A stretch of 62,766 nt of DNA, counting the filler, from Basidiobolus ranarum (Eukaryota), in the NCBI GenBank assembly GCA_040143965.1. It is 33 parts of 33 records of this genome, joined end to end, with 100 filler letters (N's around TTAATTAATTAA, not from the genome) between each part and the next. Parts side by side here need not be neighbours in the genome. Positions count along the whole stretch, not along the records: positions 51,477 to 53,276 come from JASJQH010004305.1; positions 53,377 to 55,175 come from JASJQH010004306.1; positions 55,276 to 57,073 come from JASJQH010004307.1; positions 57,174 to 58,971 come from JASJQH010004308.1; positions 59,072 to 60,869 come from JASJQH010004309.1; positions 60,970 to 62,766 come from JASJQH010004310.1; 27 more parts are not named here. The stretch is one strand, 5' to 3'. Positions 51,377 to 62,766 of this stretch are shown piece after piece. The stretch's first letter is position 1. Each line of letters begins with the position of its first letter. The position numbers and the translations under genes were made by a program. The notes under the pieces are model-generated. The model did not search any database and was not told where the DNA came from. It saw nothing but the letters and a program-made list of their open reading frames with translations.

Positions 51377-51476
51377 NNNNNNNNNNNNNNNNNNNNNNNN
51401 NNNNNNNNNNNNNNNNNNNNTTAATTAATTAANNNNNNNNNNNNNNNNNNNNNNNNNNNNNNNNNNNNNNNNNNNN

Positions 51477-51573
51477 CGGCACCGAGAGCGGTAATAACGT
51501 TGTACATACCTGGGCAGCAGAAACAAGCGAGGCCCACCAGGACAACCTGGACCATTGGGGAATTAAACCGCAT
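51477..51573 (-). CDS. UNC-93-like MFS protein, N-terminus of a downstream tandem paralogue (absent from the ORF track)
   Basis: Manual translation MRFNSPMVQVVLVGLACFCCPGMYNVITALGA matches the UNC-93-like N-terminal motif (NSP..QV...G..CF.CPGM.N). Confidence 0.85.
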
Positions 51574-52805
51574 TATAGTAATAAAGCCTGATGTAAGAGA
51601 AGAAAGTCAACTCAAGATTGCTATTTGGCGAATGCTTTATCTCTTTAGTTGGGAATTGTGGAGGGTATTTATATTGTTTCTTTTCAATAGTTGTTAAAGT
51701 GTTCCTATTATGTACTAATCGACAATATCAGGTGTTATATTGTGGAACCAAGGTGAGCTTATTGTATCGTATGACAACTATAAGCAACGATATATACATT
51801 ATTGCCAACGCATGTTAAATAAGGTTTAGTACTCTGTTGCCAGCTACTCACTATGTAAATCTGTGTGGTAATGCCAAATAACCAATGCCGAGAGATTTTT
51901 CGACTAATTGCAAGTGCACATTTAACTGTTGGCCTTCTTAAAAAGAGTATTTGCTCACAATGGTCATGAGTGCAAAGTCAATGTACTAAGAGAGTCTAGC
52001 CAATATTCCAAGTAATGTCTGTGTATCTGTAATCTGGATGTATTGGAAAAATACAGCATGATGAGAAAAAATACAGGAATCTTTACAAAATGTACCCATC
52101 GAACAGCTGGTATACGCTTTCTAATGGGTAAATATGTATAAGGAATAATTTTGACGCCTATCTGAACCGAGTGCTAGAGAACACTATAGTTGGACCATAA
52201 CGGTTAACCTGTCATTGCCCAAGAAAATTGCCATAACTAACGAGTAAAACCGGTTGGAAGATGCAAACCACTAGATTCAATCAGCATATTTTTATTTGGG
52301 AAAAACTGCAAGAATTCCTCACTTATCTTATGACACTATTCTAAACTGTGCATCCTAAGATCTCATTTTTTGTTACTAAAATTCTCATTAAGAGCAAAAT
52401 AACGTCAATTGTGATTTTGTCTACAATAGACGAATTACGCCTAAGTGATATATGATGATAACTAACATAGTTGGCCCAGCATGCAGATCCACAATCAATG
52501 CGGTATACCTTCTAATCCGGTAACAATAATGGGGTTGATTGGTGGTGTCGTTGATACAGTTTTGCCGATAAAATTACTGTTGAACAATTTCAAAATGCTA
52601 TCCAAGAAATAGATTTGTCAGAAAGATCTCGTATGGCTTAATCCAGTTGAGATTCATATCGAATTAGAAAAATTTATTTAAGGTATTATGCATTAAAGAC
52701 TTCAACTAAATAAATCTGTTAAAGGATGTGACATATTCGGAATCAAGTTACTGTGGGGATGAAGAGCTCCGCTCATTAGTACTTCATAACAAAGTGAAAC
52801 AGGGA

Positions 52806-53276
52806 TTAAGCTTTGTCTTGTTCAACCACACCCTTTTCGTGTTCACCTTCAGAAGTATCTTTAATACTTCTGGCAACAATGAAGGAGAAGGGAAGAGAAG
52901 CAGTCAACAACACCCAGTTAATAATGAATTGGGTCATCAATGGGTTGCGCTTGGCATCAATATCCCAGGCAATGGCTGCACCAGCTGATTGAACTCCCTT
53001 GTAGAATCCTGCATAACGGGCAAGAACATGGGAGTCGTTGGATAGGGCACCCATCAACCAGTAGGCATATGTTTGCAAAACGGCATCACAGAGACCATAG
53101 GATAAGAATAAGACAACGAGAGGTCCGTAACCAGGACCATTGATGAAGTCAATATTCTTGGGGTGATTCTCACGAGTGTAGTTGAGTTGAGAGGCAAGAC
53201 CACCACCCCAGGTGATGGTGTTAAGAACAGCTACTACAGCTAATCCGTAGATAGCACGAGTACGACGATTGAGCTT
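52806..53276 (-). CDS. UNC-93-like MFS protein, C-terminal part
   Basis: WGGGLA.Q, YGLCDAVLQTYAYWLMGALSND...LARYAGFYKGVQSAGAAIAW. Confidence 0.9.
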   Translation of the reverse strand, partial: KLNRRTRAIYGLAVVAVLNTITWGGGLASQLNYTRENHPKNIDFINGPGYGPLVVLFLSYGLCDAVLQTYAYWLMGALSNDSHVLARYAGFYKGVQSAGAAIAWDIDAKRNPLMTQFIINWVLLTASLPFSFIVARSIKDTSEGEHEKGVVEQDKA

Positions 53277-53376
53277 NNNNNNNNNNNNNNNNNNNNNNNN
53301 NNNNNNNNNNNNNNNNNNNNTTAATTAATTAANNNNNNNNNNNNNNNNNNNNNNNNNNNNNNNNNNNNNNNNNNNN

Positions 53377-55175
53377 CTTAAAGTAGATCCCAAAATCCGC
53401 CGTACTCTTTTGGAAATCAAGTGATTCCAAGTATGTGTCTATCTTAGTGTACCAGGCCCTGGGTGATTGTTTAAGTCCATAGAGTGATTTCTGTAGCTTA
53501 CACACATCCTCTGGGTGCTCAGGATCCACAAAACCATCTGGTTGATCCATGAATATATCCTCTTCTAAGTCAACATTTAAAAAAGCAGTTTTAACATCCA
53601 TTTGATGGATTTTCAAGCTGTGTTTTGCTGCTACTGCTAGTTTGGTTTGGATGGAATTAAACTTTTCTACAGGAACAAAAGATTCATTGTAGTCCACTCC
53701 TTCCATTGGATAGTATATTTTAGCCACAAGTCTGGCTTTTTATCTCTCTACAGATCCGTCAGCTTGCTGCTTGACTTTAAATACCCATTTGCATCCAATT
53801 GATTTTTGGTCAACTGGAAACTTAACCAAAGTCCAAGTTTGATTATCAATGAGTGACTGTTACTCCTCTGCCATTTTAGCACTCTAAAACTTTGTGTATG
53901 GACTCTCCATAGCCTCCTGTACTGATTTGAGTTCATCAGAAAAGGCTAAATTGGCACCAGGCTCCATTTGGCTAGTGTGAGAGTAGTAATAAGGCACAGA
54001 TCTCATCCAATTGGATCTCCTAAGATGAGAAATTGGCACTACAACTTGTGGTACCAATTTAGGCAATAAAACAACCTCAGGCTTGGTTGAGGACACTGCA
54101 GGTGAGAGATTTTCAGTGTTTTTCTCACTGATCAAGATCTGGTGAGAGAAAGTAGAATTTTCATCAATTTTTGGTTGTTTTTCTTGATCCTGGATTGTTT
54201 TGACTGAAAATTTTTCTTCTTCCACAAATTCCACGTCCCTTGACTTGATTAGCTTCTTATTTTCAGTGTCATATAGCCTGTACCCTTTTGTTCCATCACA
54301 ATATCCCAAAAAAAGACATTTCTGGCTTTTTTGGTCTAATTTTGATCTCTTCTGGTCTGGAATCATTGCATATGCAGTACTTCCAAAAACTCTGAGATTA
54401 GCCACATCAGGTTTACTTCCAAACCAAGCTTGATAAGGTGTCATAGCCAATAGAGACCTAGAAGGACATCTATTCCTAATATATACTGCAGTTGCAACCA
54501 ATTCAGCCCAGAACTGTTTTGGTAAATCTTGATCATGAAGCATTGATCTTGCCTTTTCCATTATTGATCTGTTTGCACGTTCTGCTACTCCATTCTGCTG
54601 TGGAGAATATGGCACTGTAGTCTGCTGTTTTATCCCATGTGTTGAGCAGAAGTTAGAGAAGAGTTTTGAGGTATATTCCCCTCCATTATCTGTACAGATA
54701 ATCTTAATCTTTAGACCTGTTTTGGTCTCCACCATTACTTTGAACTTCTTGAAGGTATCAAAGGCTTCATCCTTACTGGCCACAAAGTACAACCAAGTAT
54801 ACTTTGTCATATCATCAATAAAGGTCATAAAATACCTTTTTCTGCCAAAGATTTTGTCTACATTGGGCCACACAGACCTGAGCATATCAGGCCTCATTTA
54901 TGATCAATTTTGCTCATTCCAGAGCCCAGAAACAGCTGTCTGTGTTGCCTACCATATAGGCAACCTTCACATAGCTCCAGATCCAGTGGAATTACAAAGT
55001 TTAGTCCCAAAACTATGTTGTGTTTGATTAAATTTCTCATATTTTCAGCTCCTAGACGACCCAATCTCCTATGCCAGATTTTCCAGTCTATCTCTTCAGC
55101 TGTGGCAGTATTAACTTGTTCATATATTGGCCTAATGTAATGAAGTTTATACAAGTTATTTTGCTTAGCTCCAGA
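53377..55175 (-). mobile_element. pol: Relatively young copia pol (GAG-pre-integrase, integrase, RT) with few frameshifts
   Basis: WHRRLG, CEGC, FIDD, TDNGGEY, PQQNGVAERANR, HQMDVKTAFLN and LYGLKQSPRAW in integrase-before-RT order. Confidence 0.95.
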
Positions 55176-55499
55176 NNNNNNNNNNNNNNNNNNNNNNNNN
55201 NNNNNNNNNNNNNNNNNNNTTAATTAATTAANNNNNNNNNNNNNNNNNNNNNNNNNNNNNNNNNNNNNNNNNNNNTTTGCAATGAGAATAAGCTCTTGGA
55301 TTTGGGCCAATTTCCATAAAGAATTCAGCCAAAATATTCCCAACTTGCAGTCAACAAATGTCCTGCCACAAGTAGATGTGTCATTGCTGTATTAGATTAA
55401 CTCATGGCTACAACAATAATATTGTTCATTTTGATCTATGGCACCAGGAAGTCTGTGTTGCAGCTTTCCTAGAAATACCATTAGATTATCACACAAATA

Positions 55500-56930
55500 A
55501 TTTTCACTATTCTCTCAAAACATCTCTGAATCACCGCATATTTTGACCCATGCCTTACAGGCATGTTTGTAATGATCTGAGCATATCCAATAATCCTAAT
55601 TTATAGTAAGTTATAAGTAAAACATATTTAATGTAGTCAAACTCAAATGTCTAATTCACAAATGCAAATCTTATGCAAAAAACTTTCAAATCCCCTAAGC
55701 AATTTAACAGCTAGCTTAGGGATTATAACCTGATAAAAGGAATGTCTACCACTACTATTACCCATGATTTTGCATCCACAGAGAAGTTTGATGAAGCAAA
55801 ATTTGGCCTTTGGAAGATCAAGATGCAAATGGTGCAAGCAGACAAGGACCATTGGGGGTTGGTTACAGGAGAAGAAATAAAGCAAAAGGGACCACCAGAG
55901 GCTATTCTTGCTTTTCACACAAAGCAGAGGAAAGCACTCTCTACATTTTGTCTATATCTCAGAGACTCTCAATTGAGGCATATACACTCAGAAGAAATGT
56001 CCAAACTGCTTGGAAAACACTTGAAAGATTACCTGTGACAAAAAGTCTGGCTAATACACTATATGCCAGGTCTACATTATTTTCAATTCAGATGAATTCT
56101 GATGATTCTATGGCTAATCACATAAATTGGATAAAACTATGGCAGAACAACTCTCATCCATTAAGGCACCTCTAAATGAAAATGACATAGTCATGACATT
56201 ACCACGGAGCCTGCTGCACAAGCTTGGGAATCTCATAATTGTCCTAAATTTGAGATTAAACCATTAACATGGGACTATGTGGGTGCTAGGCTTTTGCATG
56301 AGGAATTAAGGGATTCAAATTCTCAGTAAAATAATGCTGATAAGGCATTTTTTGGAGATGTAAAATGTCTAATTGGCTTCAATGATGGTGCTGCTAATAC
56401 AAAATCCATCATCTGCAAATATGCAAGAAACCAGGTGCTTTAATCAAAAACTGTGGTAAAAGATTTTTTGCATAAGCTAAAATCCAAACAAGCAAATCAA
56501 GTAAGCACTGATAGGGAACATAGATTTGCAACTGCCCTATTAGCAATCACTAAGGAAGACTCAGAAATGTGATACAATCATTCAGGAGCTTCCCAGCTTA
56601 TGTCAACCAAGAAAGATTGGTTTCAAGCTTAACACTAAACCAAACAAGCAAAGTCTTTTGGGTCATGACTATGCAATAGATGTTGCTGGTAAGGGCACAG
56701 TTGTGCTCAACTTAGACCAGAATTCAGCTACACCAGCTACATAATTGGTTGATGTATTATATTTACCAAATATAGCCAAGAATCTACTGTCAGTAAGCCA
56801 AGCAACAGCTTAAGGACTAAATTTTGCATTCAACAAGTCTGGATGCACTATCACAGATCTGAATAATATCAAATTAGCTACTGGGTTCAAAACACAATAC
56901 TCATACAAGCCTGCAATCAGTAAATTCCCT
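55500..56930 (+). mobile_element. Copia family A 5' end: partial LTR, inverted PBS segment, decayed gag-protease
   Basis: Homologous to 38166-38726 (rc); gag EKFDEAKFGLWKIKMQ. Confidence 0.85.
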
Positions 56931-57173
56931 TATGAGCATTGAAACTTGGCCAAACTGATAGAATAGACTTGTTCCATTTTATTGAGCCAGATCAGGCCAG
57001 CTAAAAAGTGTGCCAGCACAAATTGGCATGATTGGGCACTATCCGGCACGATGTTATTTACCATTTTTGAAACNNNNNNNNNNNNNNNNNNNNNNNNNNN
57101 NNNNNNNNNNNNNNNNNTTAATTAATTAANNNNNNNNNNNNNNNNNNNNNNNNNNNNNNNNNNNNNNNNNNNN

Positions 57174-58280
57174 ATTTGAATGATTGGATCAGGAGAAAAT
57201 TGATTTTTGTCATCATCTGAGGTCATTTTGGGTGAAAATTTTTCATTTTCATTAAACAAAACATCCCTGGACTTGATTAACTTGGAAATTTTGGTATCAT
57301 AGAGTCTGTAGGCCTTAGTTTGAGTACAATAACCCAGAAATATGCATTTCTTACTTTTTGGATCAAATTTAGACCATTTTTTGGTCATAATTTTGACATC
57401 AGCAATGCATCCAAACATCCTCAAATGTTTTACATCAGATTTAACTCCAAGCCAAGCTTGCTATGGTGTAGAGTTAGACAGACTTCTAGTAAAACTCCTA
57501 TTCTTCAGATATACAGCTGAAGCAACAGGTTCCACCCAAAAGTTATGAGATAATTTTGTGCATTTATCATAGATCTTGCCATTTCTATTATAGTCCTGTT
57601 AGCTCTTTCAGCAACTCCATTTTGTTGAGGTGAATAGGGGGCAGTAGTTTCTTGCTTAATTCCATGAACTTTGCAAAAGTGCTTAAATAGTGTTGAAGTA
57701 TATTCTCCACCATTATCAGTACGTATTTTCTTGATTTTAGTTCCAGTTTCAGTCTCCACAAGTGTTTTAAAATCTCTAAAGATAGAGAGAGCTTCTTCTT
57801 TTCTTTCCATAAAGTAGACCCAAGTGTATCTTGTATAATCATCAATAAATGTGATTAAATATCTTTTTCTGCCTAAAGATAAATTTTGCATAGGTCCACA
57901 TAAATCTGTATGAGTTAGATCCAATTTTTGGACAGATTTGATTAAATCAGAGCTCTTGAACAGTTGCCTGGCTTGTTTTCTAAATATACAACCCTCACAA
58001 ATTTCCATTTTGGTGGGGGGATTAATTTGAATTCCAGAAATTAGGTGATTTTTGATCATTTTGCTCAAATAATCCAATACAATATGGCCAAATCTCTTAT
58101 GCCATAATTGAATAGTTTCTTGCTTGGAATAACTTATATTTACACATGAATCTCTTGGATTATATGTAAGTTTGTATAATTTTGATCCTTTTCTCCCAAA
58201 GCTAAATAATTCCCATTTTGATCAGTGATGGTGCATCCTGACTTATCAAAATTGAATTTTAACCCTTCTGAGGTGGCCTT
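57174..58280 (-). mobile_element. Copia integrase region
   Basis: HTDLCGPM, FIDDYTRYTWVYF, RTDNGGEY and PQQNGVAERANRT. Confidence 0.92.
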
Positions 58281-58971
58281 TGTTGGAGGATCTTGACATA
58301 ATGAGGGTAAACTTTGAATATTAGAAGCAACTTATGATAGTATGTTTTAGTTAGTTTATTCTTAAGAGTATATGGTGACTTATATAATAGAAAAGTAAAT
58401 CAATTGTTTGAGATATTCAGGAGTTTGTGTAATGAGATATAATAGATAAGTGGGGGTCATAAGACATACTTGTTATATAGATATAGAGATATTACTATTT
58501 AAAATATAGGGGCTATAGACACATTGCTTTCTGTTTCTGATATATGTATCATAACTAAAGTCAACTACAAAGTTGAATAAAGATTAATTATCCAACACCT
58601 TCCCGTAATTCTTATTCAGCATTGTGCTCATATTCACAAATGCCTATTCCTGCTCTTAACTTCTCAAAGCTTGAAGTTTTGAGTGGTTTTGTTAGTATAT
58701 CTGCAAGCATGTTTTCAGTATTACAACAAATAAAGTTCACTTCTTTGTCTTGAACTTTCTCTTGTATAAAATGATGTCTTATGTCAATATGTTTCATCAT
58801 TGAGTGATGCTCAGGATTCTTGGTGATCTGAATACAACTAATATTATCTTGATATATTGGGGTAGAATTAACTTGATCATATCCTAGTTCCTTGAGAAGA
58901 CTCCTTAGCCATATAGCTTCTTGAACAGCCATAGAGCTTGCCATATATTCTGCTTCTGTAGTTGATAATGC
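58281..58971 (-). mobile_element. Copia family D 3' end: RNase H, PPT and 3' LTR (58281-58597), inserted into another copia
   Basis: KHIDIRHHFI and LADILTKPL, then AATTACGGGAAGG followed by TGTTGGA. Confidence 0.92.
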
Positions 58972-60335
58972 NNNNNNNNNNNNNNNNNNNNNNNNNNNNN
59001 NNNNNNNNNNNNNNNTTAATTAATTAANNNNNNNNNNNNNNNNNNNNNNNNNNNNNNNNNNNNNNNNNNNNGATTGGAGTACCGCCCCTGAGGAAGCAGC
59101 TGAACAGATATAAATTTTTGTCACTGTATGTTCCCAGTATTTCCGCTTGTATTCTTCAACACACTTGTGATTCCATCATCATGTATATCTTCAGATAAAT
59201 TTCTAACATCTTAAAATGAAACTACCTCGATATAAATAATCTTCCCACATGAACAATTCATCCTCAAGATATGTTTAATAAACAAGATTCCACGATATTA
59301 GTAACAAACAATGAACACCTTAGAGCCAATTGGTCAGGTCAGGCCTCATTAATATTGAAGCTAGTATCAAGTTAGTATAGCACATACATACCACCGGGGT
59401 AGTTTAGATTTTTCAATAACGATGTAGATACTGATGTTTTAGATGGTGATTGGATACACGAGTGAGAACACATAAACTAGAGTTGTAGTGCAGAGTTGAG
59501 AGAATCATATGTTTTCACAAGAAACTCCCTCCGTTTCTGGTTTAATTAGTGTAATCCATGAGTTCATCCAAATCACATTCAGTCGCCCGTTTCAACACAA
59601 TGATACAGGAAACTACCTAGTTTCTGTTAGTACTTGAGACCCATCTCACCAACCCGAAGCTTTGGATGAAGACCATTAACATGTGAAGATCATTGGCTGT
59701 GGCTAATGTTAAAGGCTTGATGGAATGGTTAGGATTTGGCTTTTTCGAATTGGTAAACATGTTTCTATACAGGATGATGACCTATCATCCAAGTCGTACA
59801 GAAGCTAATTGTAACTAAGAAACCAGCTACCTTGTTTCAAATCTCTAAATGATAATAATATCACAACATGCACATTATCGGTGTGACCAACATCAAATTA
59901 CAAAGATTTGGATGGGATGGGATGGTATCGAGTTGTAAAAGTATGAGTAGTGACTTTGTAGGGCCATCCGTGTAACACGCAAGTGCAAGATTCAAGACAA
60001 AAGATAGGGGGTTTCACACTATGGACCCATATTCTCACTTTTATCTCATTGAGTGGCTTTGTAATAATAAGAGAAGGATTCCGAATGTGAGGAAGAATTT
60101 TGAATTCAATGATTACAGCGCCTGAACCCTCTACAATTGGTAACCAAGGATGAAGTGTAGTTGAGTGTGGTGATATTTCTCTTTTCCACAGATGTAAACG
60201 GTAAAGTGGGATATAGCTCAACGTCAATGAAGAAAACACACTAAAAGTCAGTTACAATCAAGAGGCGAACAGCACTTAGACAAATTGAGCAAGCAACTCC
60301 TTTATCGCAATAGGGATGAAAAACTCTCAGATTCC

Positions 60336-60869
60336 ACTAAGATATGACCCATTGTTCTCAATTAGAATTTACTTAGAGTATTTTTACCAACTTAGAAGTT
60401 CTCAGATATATAGATTTTTAAACTTGTGCTAGAAGCCCCAAACTTGGCACACATGTTTCCGGGACCTTGTTTAACACATTCTACATGTTAGTTTGTTCGC
60501 ATCTGGACAAAAGTATAAATGTCAACTTTCAACTCAATAAATCAATAAGTGAAAACCACCAATTTCTCTAATTCTCCAAACCACTTCCAACAGGCTTCCA
60601 AATACTTTAACAGTATGCTTTTGACTTGTACATGTTGTATCTGTTGAAATTAGCATTGCCTAAACACCTATATAGTCATATATAGCTTAGTACTTAGTTA
60701 TCTTATATTTCACTAAGATATTATCATTATTCCCATAAGGAATTTACTTAAAAGTTCTCAGATATATGGACTTTTCAAACTTATGCTAGAAGCCCCAAAC
60801 TTTGCACACATGCTCCTGGTACCCTTCTTAACATATTATACATGTTAGTTTGTTTACATATTGACAAAA
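60336..60869 (+). mobile_element. Two adjacent LTR B copies (about 60336-60612 and 60642-60869)
   Basis: Homology to LTR B. Confidence 0.8.
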
Positions 60870-60969
60870 NNNNNNNNNNNNNNNNNNNNNNNNNNNNNNN
60901 NNNNNNNNNNNNNTTAATTAATTAANNNNNNNNNNNNNNNNNNNNNNNNNNNNNNNNNNNNNNNNNNNN

Positions 60970-61545
60970 GAATATCACAACTTGGTCAACATACTCTCCA
61001 AAGATATCATTCATTGTATGTTGAAAGACTGCAGGGGCATTGGTAAGTCCAAATGGCATGACATTGTATCCAAAGTGTCCATAGCAAGTTTGAAAGGCAG
61101 TTTTCCATTGGTCTCCTGGTTTGATTCTTATAAGATTGTAAGCACCTCCTAAATCAATCTTTGTAAGCACCTTGGCAGAAGCAAGCTGGTCCAAGAGCAA
61201 GCTGATTAATGACAAGAGGTATCAATTTTTTACTGTCATGCTATTTTGGCCTTGATAATCAACATGGAGACGGAGGGATCCATCCTTTTTCTTAACAAAT
61301 ATGATTGGAGAGCCTGCTGGGGACTTTGAAAGTTGGATAAATCCTTTCTCCAGATTTTCTGCAATGTACTCTTTCAGAATGTTGAGTTCTTGCTGGGTCA
61401 GCCTATATATAGGCCCAAATGGTGGATGTTTTCCTTCTTGTTGATCTAAAGGGCAATCATGTGGGCGGTGAGCTGGGAGTATATCAGATTTCTTCTTGTC
61501 TAAGACATCAGTAAAGGCCTGATATTTGGGTGGGAGCTTATGAAC
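60970..61545 (-). mobile_element. Ty3/gypsy reverse transcriptase N-terminal remnant
   Basis: [33 protein letters not shown]...[19 protein letters not shown]. Confidence 0.92.
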
Positions 61546-61891
61546 AATAGGTTTTGTTGGTTACAGCTCTTCAGCAATACTGTCAATGAATATTAGCTTC
61601 ATAGATGTTTTCAGGAGTTGGGCTGATGATGAGTTGGATACTTTGCTGGTTGACAAATATGGACTAAGAGGTGGAGTTTGCTTAAACATGATAATCTTCT
61701 TCATCCTAGACATCAGCAAATGCTTGGTATTTGGGTGTGAGCTTATTAACCATAGGTTTTGTTGGTTTCAGCTCTTGAGTAATACTGTCAATGGATGTTG
61801 GCTTCATAGATATTTTTAGGAGTTGGGCTGATGATGAGTTGAAGACTTTGCAGGTTGGCATATATGGACTAAGAGGTAGAGTTTGCTTACA

Positions 61892-62766
61892 TGGGGGGGA
61901 GGGGCCCGTAGGTTGATCGAGAGATAGCCCCCATAAGATAGCTGGGTTATCTGGTACAGAGCCAACCCAGTGCTTCGCTCTTTATTATCCCCCTCGGTAG
62001 AGGGGAGGGCCCCTTTGGAGGGGTCCCCAGGGGGGGGGGCAACCCTTTTCATACCAGGGGGATCGAAAGAGAAAAGGGGTGAGTTTGGTTTAATAGCTAA
62101 TTTATGCTATAAGTGAGCCCCCCCCATCTGGCCAACCGACCGAACCCCCCCCCGAAAGGGGGGGGGGGGGTGGGGGGCCCCCCCCCGGGCGGGGGCGGGG
62201 TGCCCCGGGCCCCGCCGGCGGGGGGGCCCCGCGGGGGGGGGAAGCCCGGCCCCGCCCCCCCCCCCCCCGGGGGGGGGGGCTTTACGGGGCCCCCCTGGGC
62301 AGTTTTATTGCCCCCCCGGTGGGAGAAGCCATAGGGGGGGGGCCACCCTCCCCCCCCCACCTGCCCGTAGGCCCCCGCCAAGGAGGGGGGGTAAAAGGCC
62401 CCCCCCCTAGCTAAGCTAGGGGGGGGTGTAGGGTTGGGTGGGGGGGGAATTTATCAATTGATGGGGAGGCTTCCGGGAGTGGGTGGGGGGGAAAAGCAAA
62501 AGGCCAAAGGGATCGGCCCCGATAGTAGCTGCAGAGCCGGTAGGGGTTAATTAGTCCAGATCTCCCCCCACCCCCTACCCGGGGGGGTGGTCACCCGAAG
62601 GTGCACCCCCCCCTTAGTGTGGCCCCCCCATTGGTAGAGGGGGGAGGCTGGTCCTTCGGCAGGGGGGCTCCCCCCCCCCGGTAGGGGCCCCCCGAAAGGG
62701 GGGATATTCCCCCCCCCGGCCGGGGGGGGGGGGGGGGCGCCCCGCGGCGGGCCGGGGGGCGGCCGC
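61892..62766. other. Low-quality G/C homopolymer-rich contig tail
   Basis: Abrupt shift from AT-rich gypsy sequence to long G and C runs that worsen toward the contig end. Confidence 0.8.

Noticed and set aside
291-60239. Many short 60-110 aa ORFs in the supplied track
   Set aside because: Most are antisense or out-of-frame shadows of TE remnants, LTRs or real genes (for example 921-1241, 31670-32107, 54200-54433).
1816-60969. Regularly spaced palindromic TTAATTAATTAA every ~1.9 kb
   Set aside because: It is embedded in fixed N runs between length-sorted contigs, so it is a concatenation linker. No cross-contig gene clusters can be inferred.
62097-62381. Gly/Pro-rich ORFs and apparent G-quadruplex region
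   Set aside because: They arise from G/C homopolymer noise at a contig end. A similar noisy tail occurs at about 5517-5642.

Overview
This window is not continuous DNA. It is 33 short contigs (about 1,815 down to 1,797 bp, sorted by decreasing length) joined by an artificial 100-bp spacer, N44-TTAATTAATTAA-N44, so adjacency across spacers means nothing. The content is AT-rich eukaryotic DNA. Short GT-AG introns, the gene families present and a fungal-style mitochondrial rRNA fragment suggest an early-diverging fungus (Basidiobolus-like is my guess, not provable here). Most contigs are decayed, nested transposons: at least four Ty1/copia LTR families, a chromodomain-bearing Ty3/gypsy family, a CACTA/En-Spm (Transposase_21-like) DNA transposon and a 182-bp MITE. 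Host gene pieces include an RCHY1/Pirh2-like ligase, a DUF3533/Sng1-like membrane protein, two tandem UNC-93-like MFS genes and a protein with two Cys-bounded repeats. The most striking item is an intronless, secreted, bacterial-type CHAP peptidoglycan hydrolase whose two halves sit at opposite ends of one contig and join in frame, implying tandem copies of a probably horizontally acquired antibacterial enzyme. Other notable items are half-tRNA-type primer binding sites, a 36-bp micro-inversion of one PBS, a mitochondrial rns fragment with a GC-rich insert, a tRNA-like element and an 84-bp tandem array. All family calls are from motif recognition, not database searches, and TE fragment boundaries are approximate.
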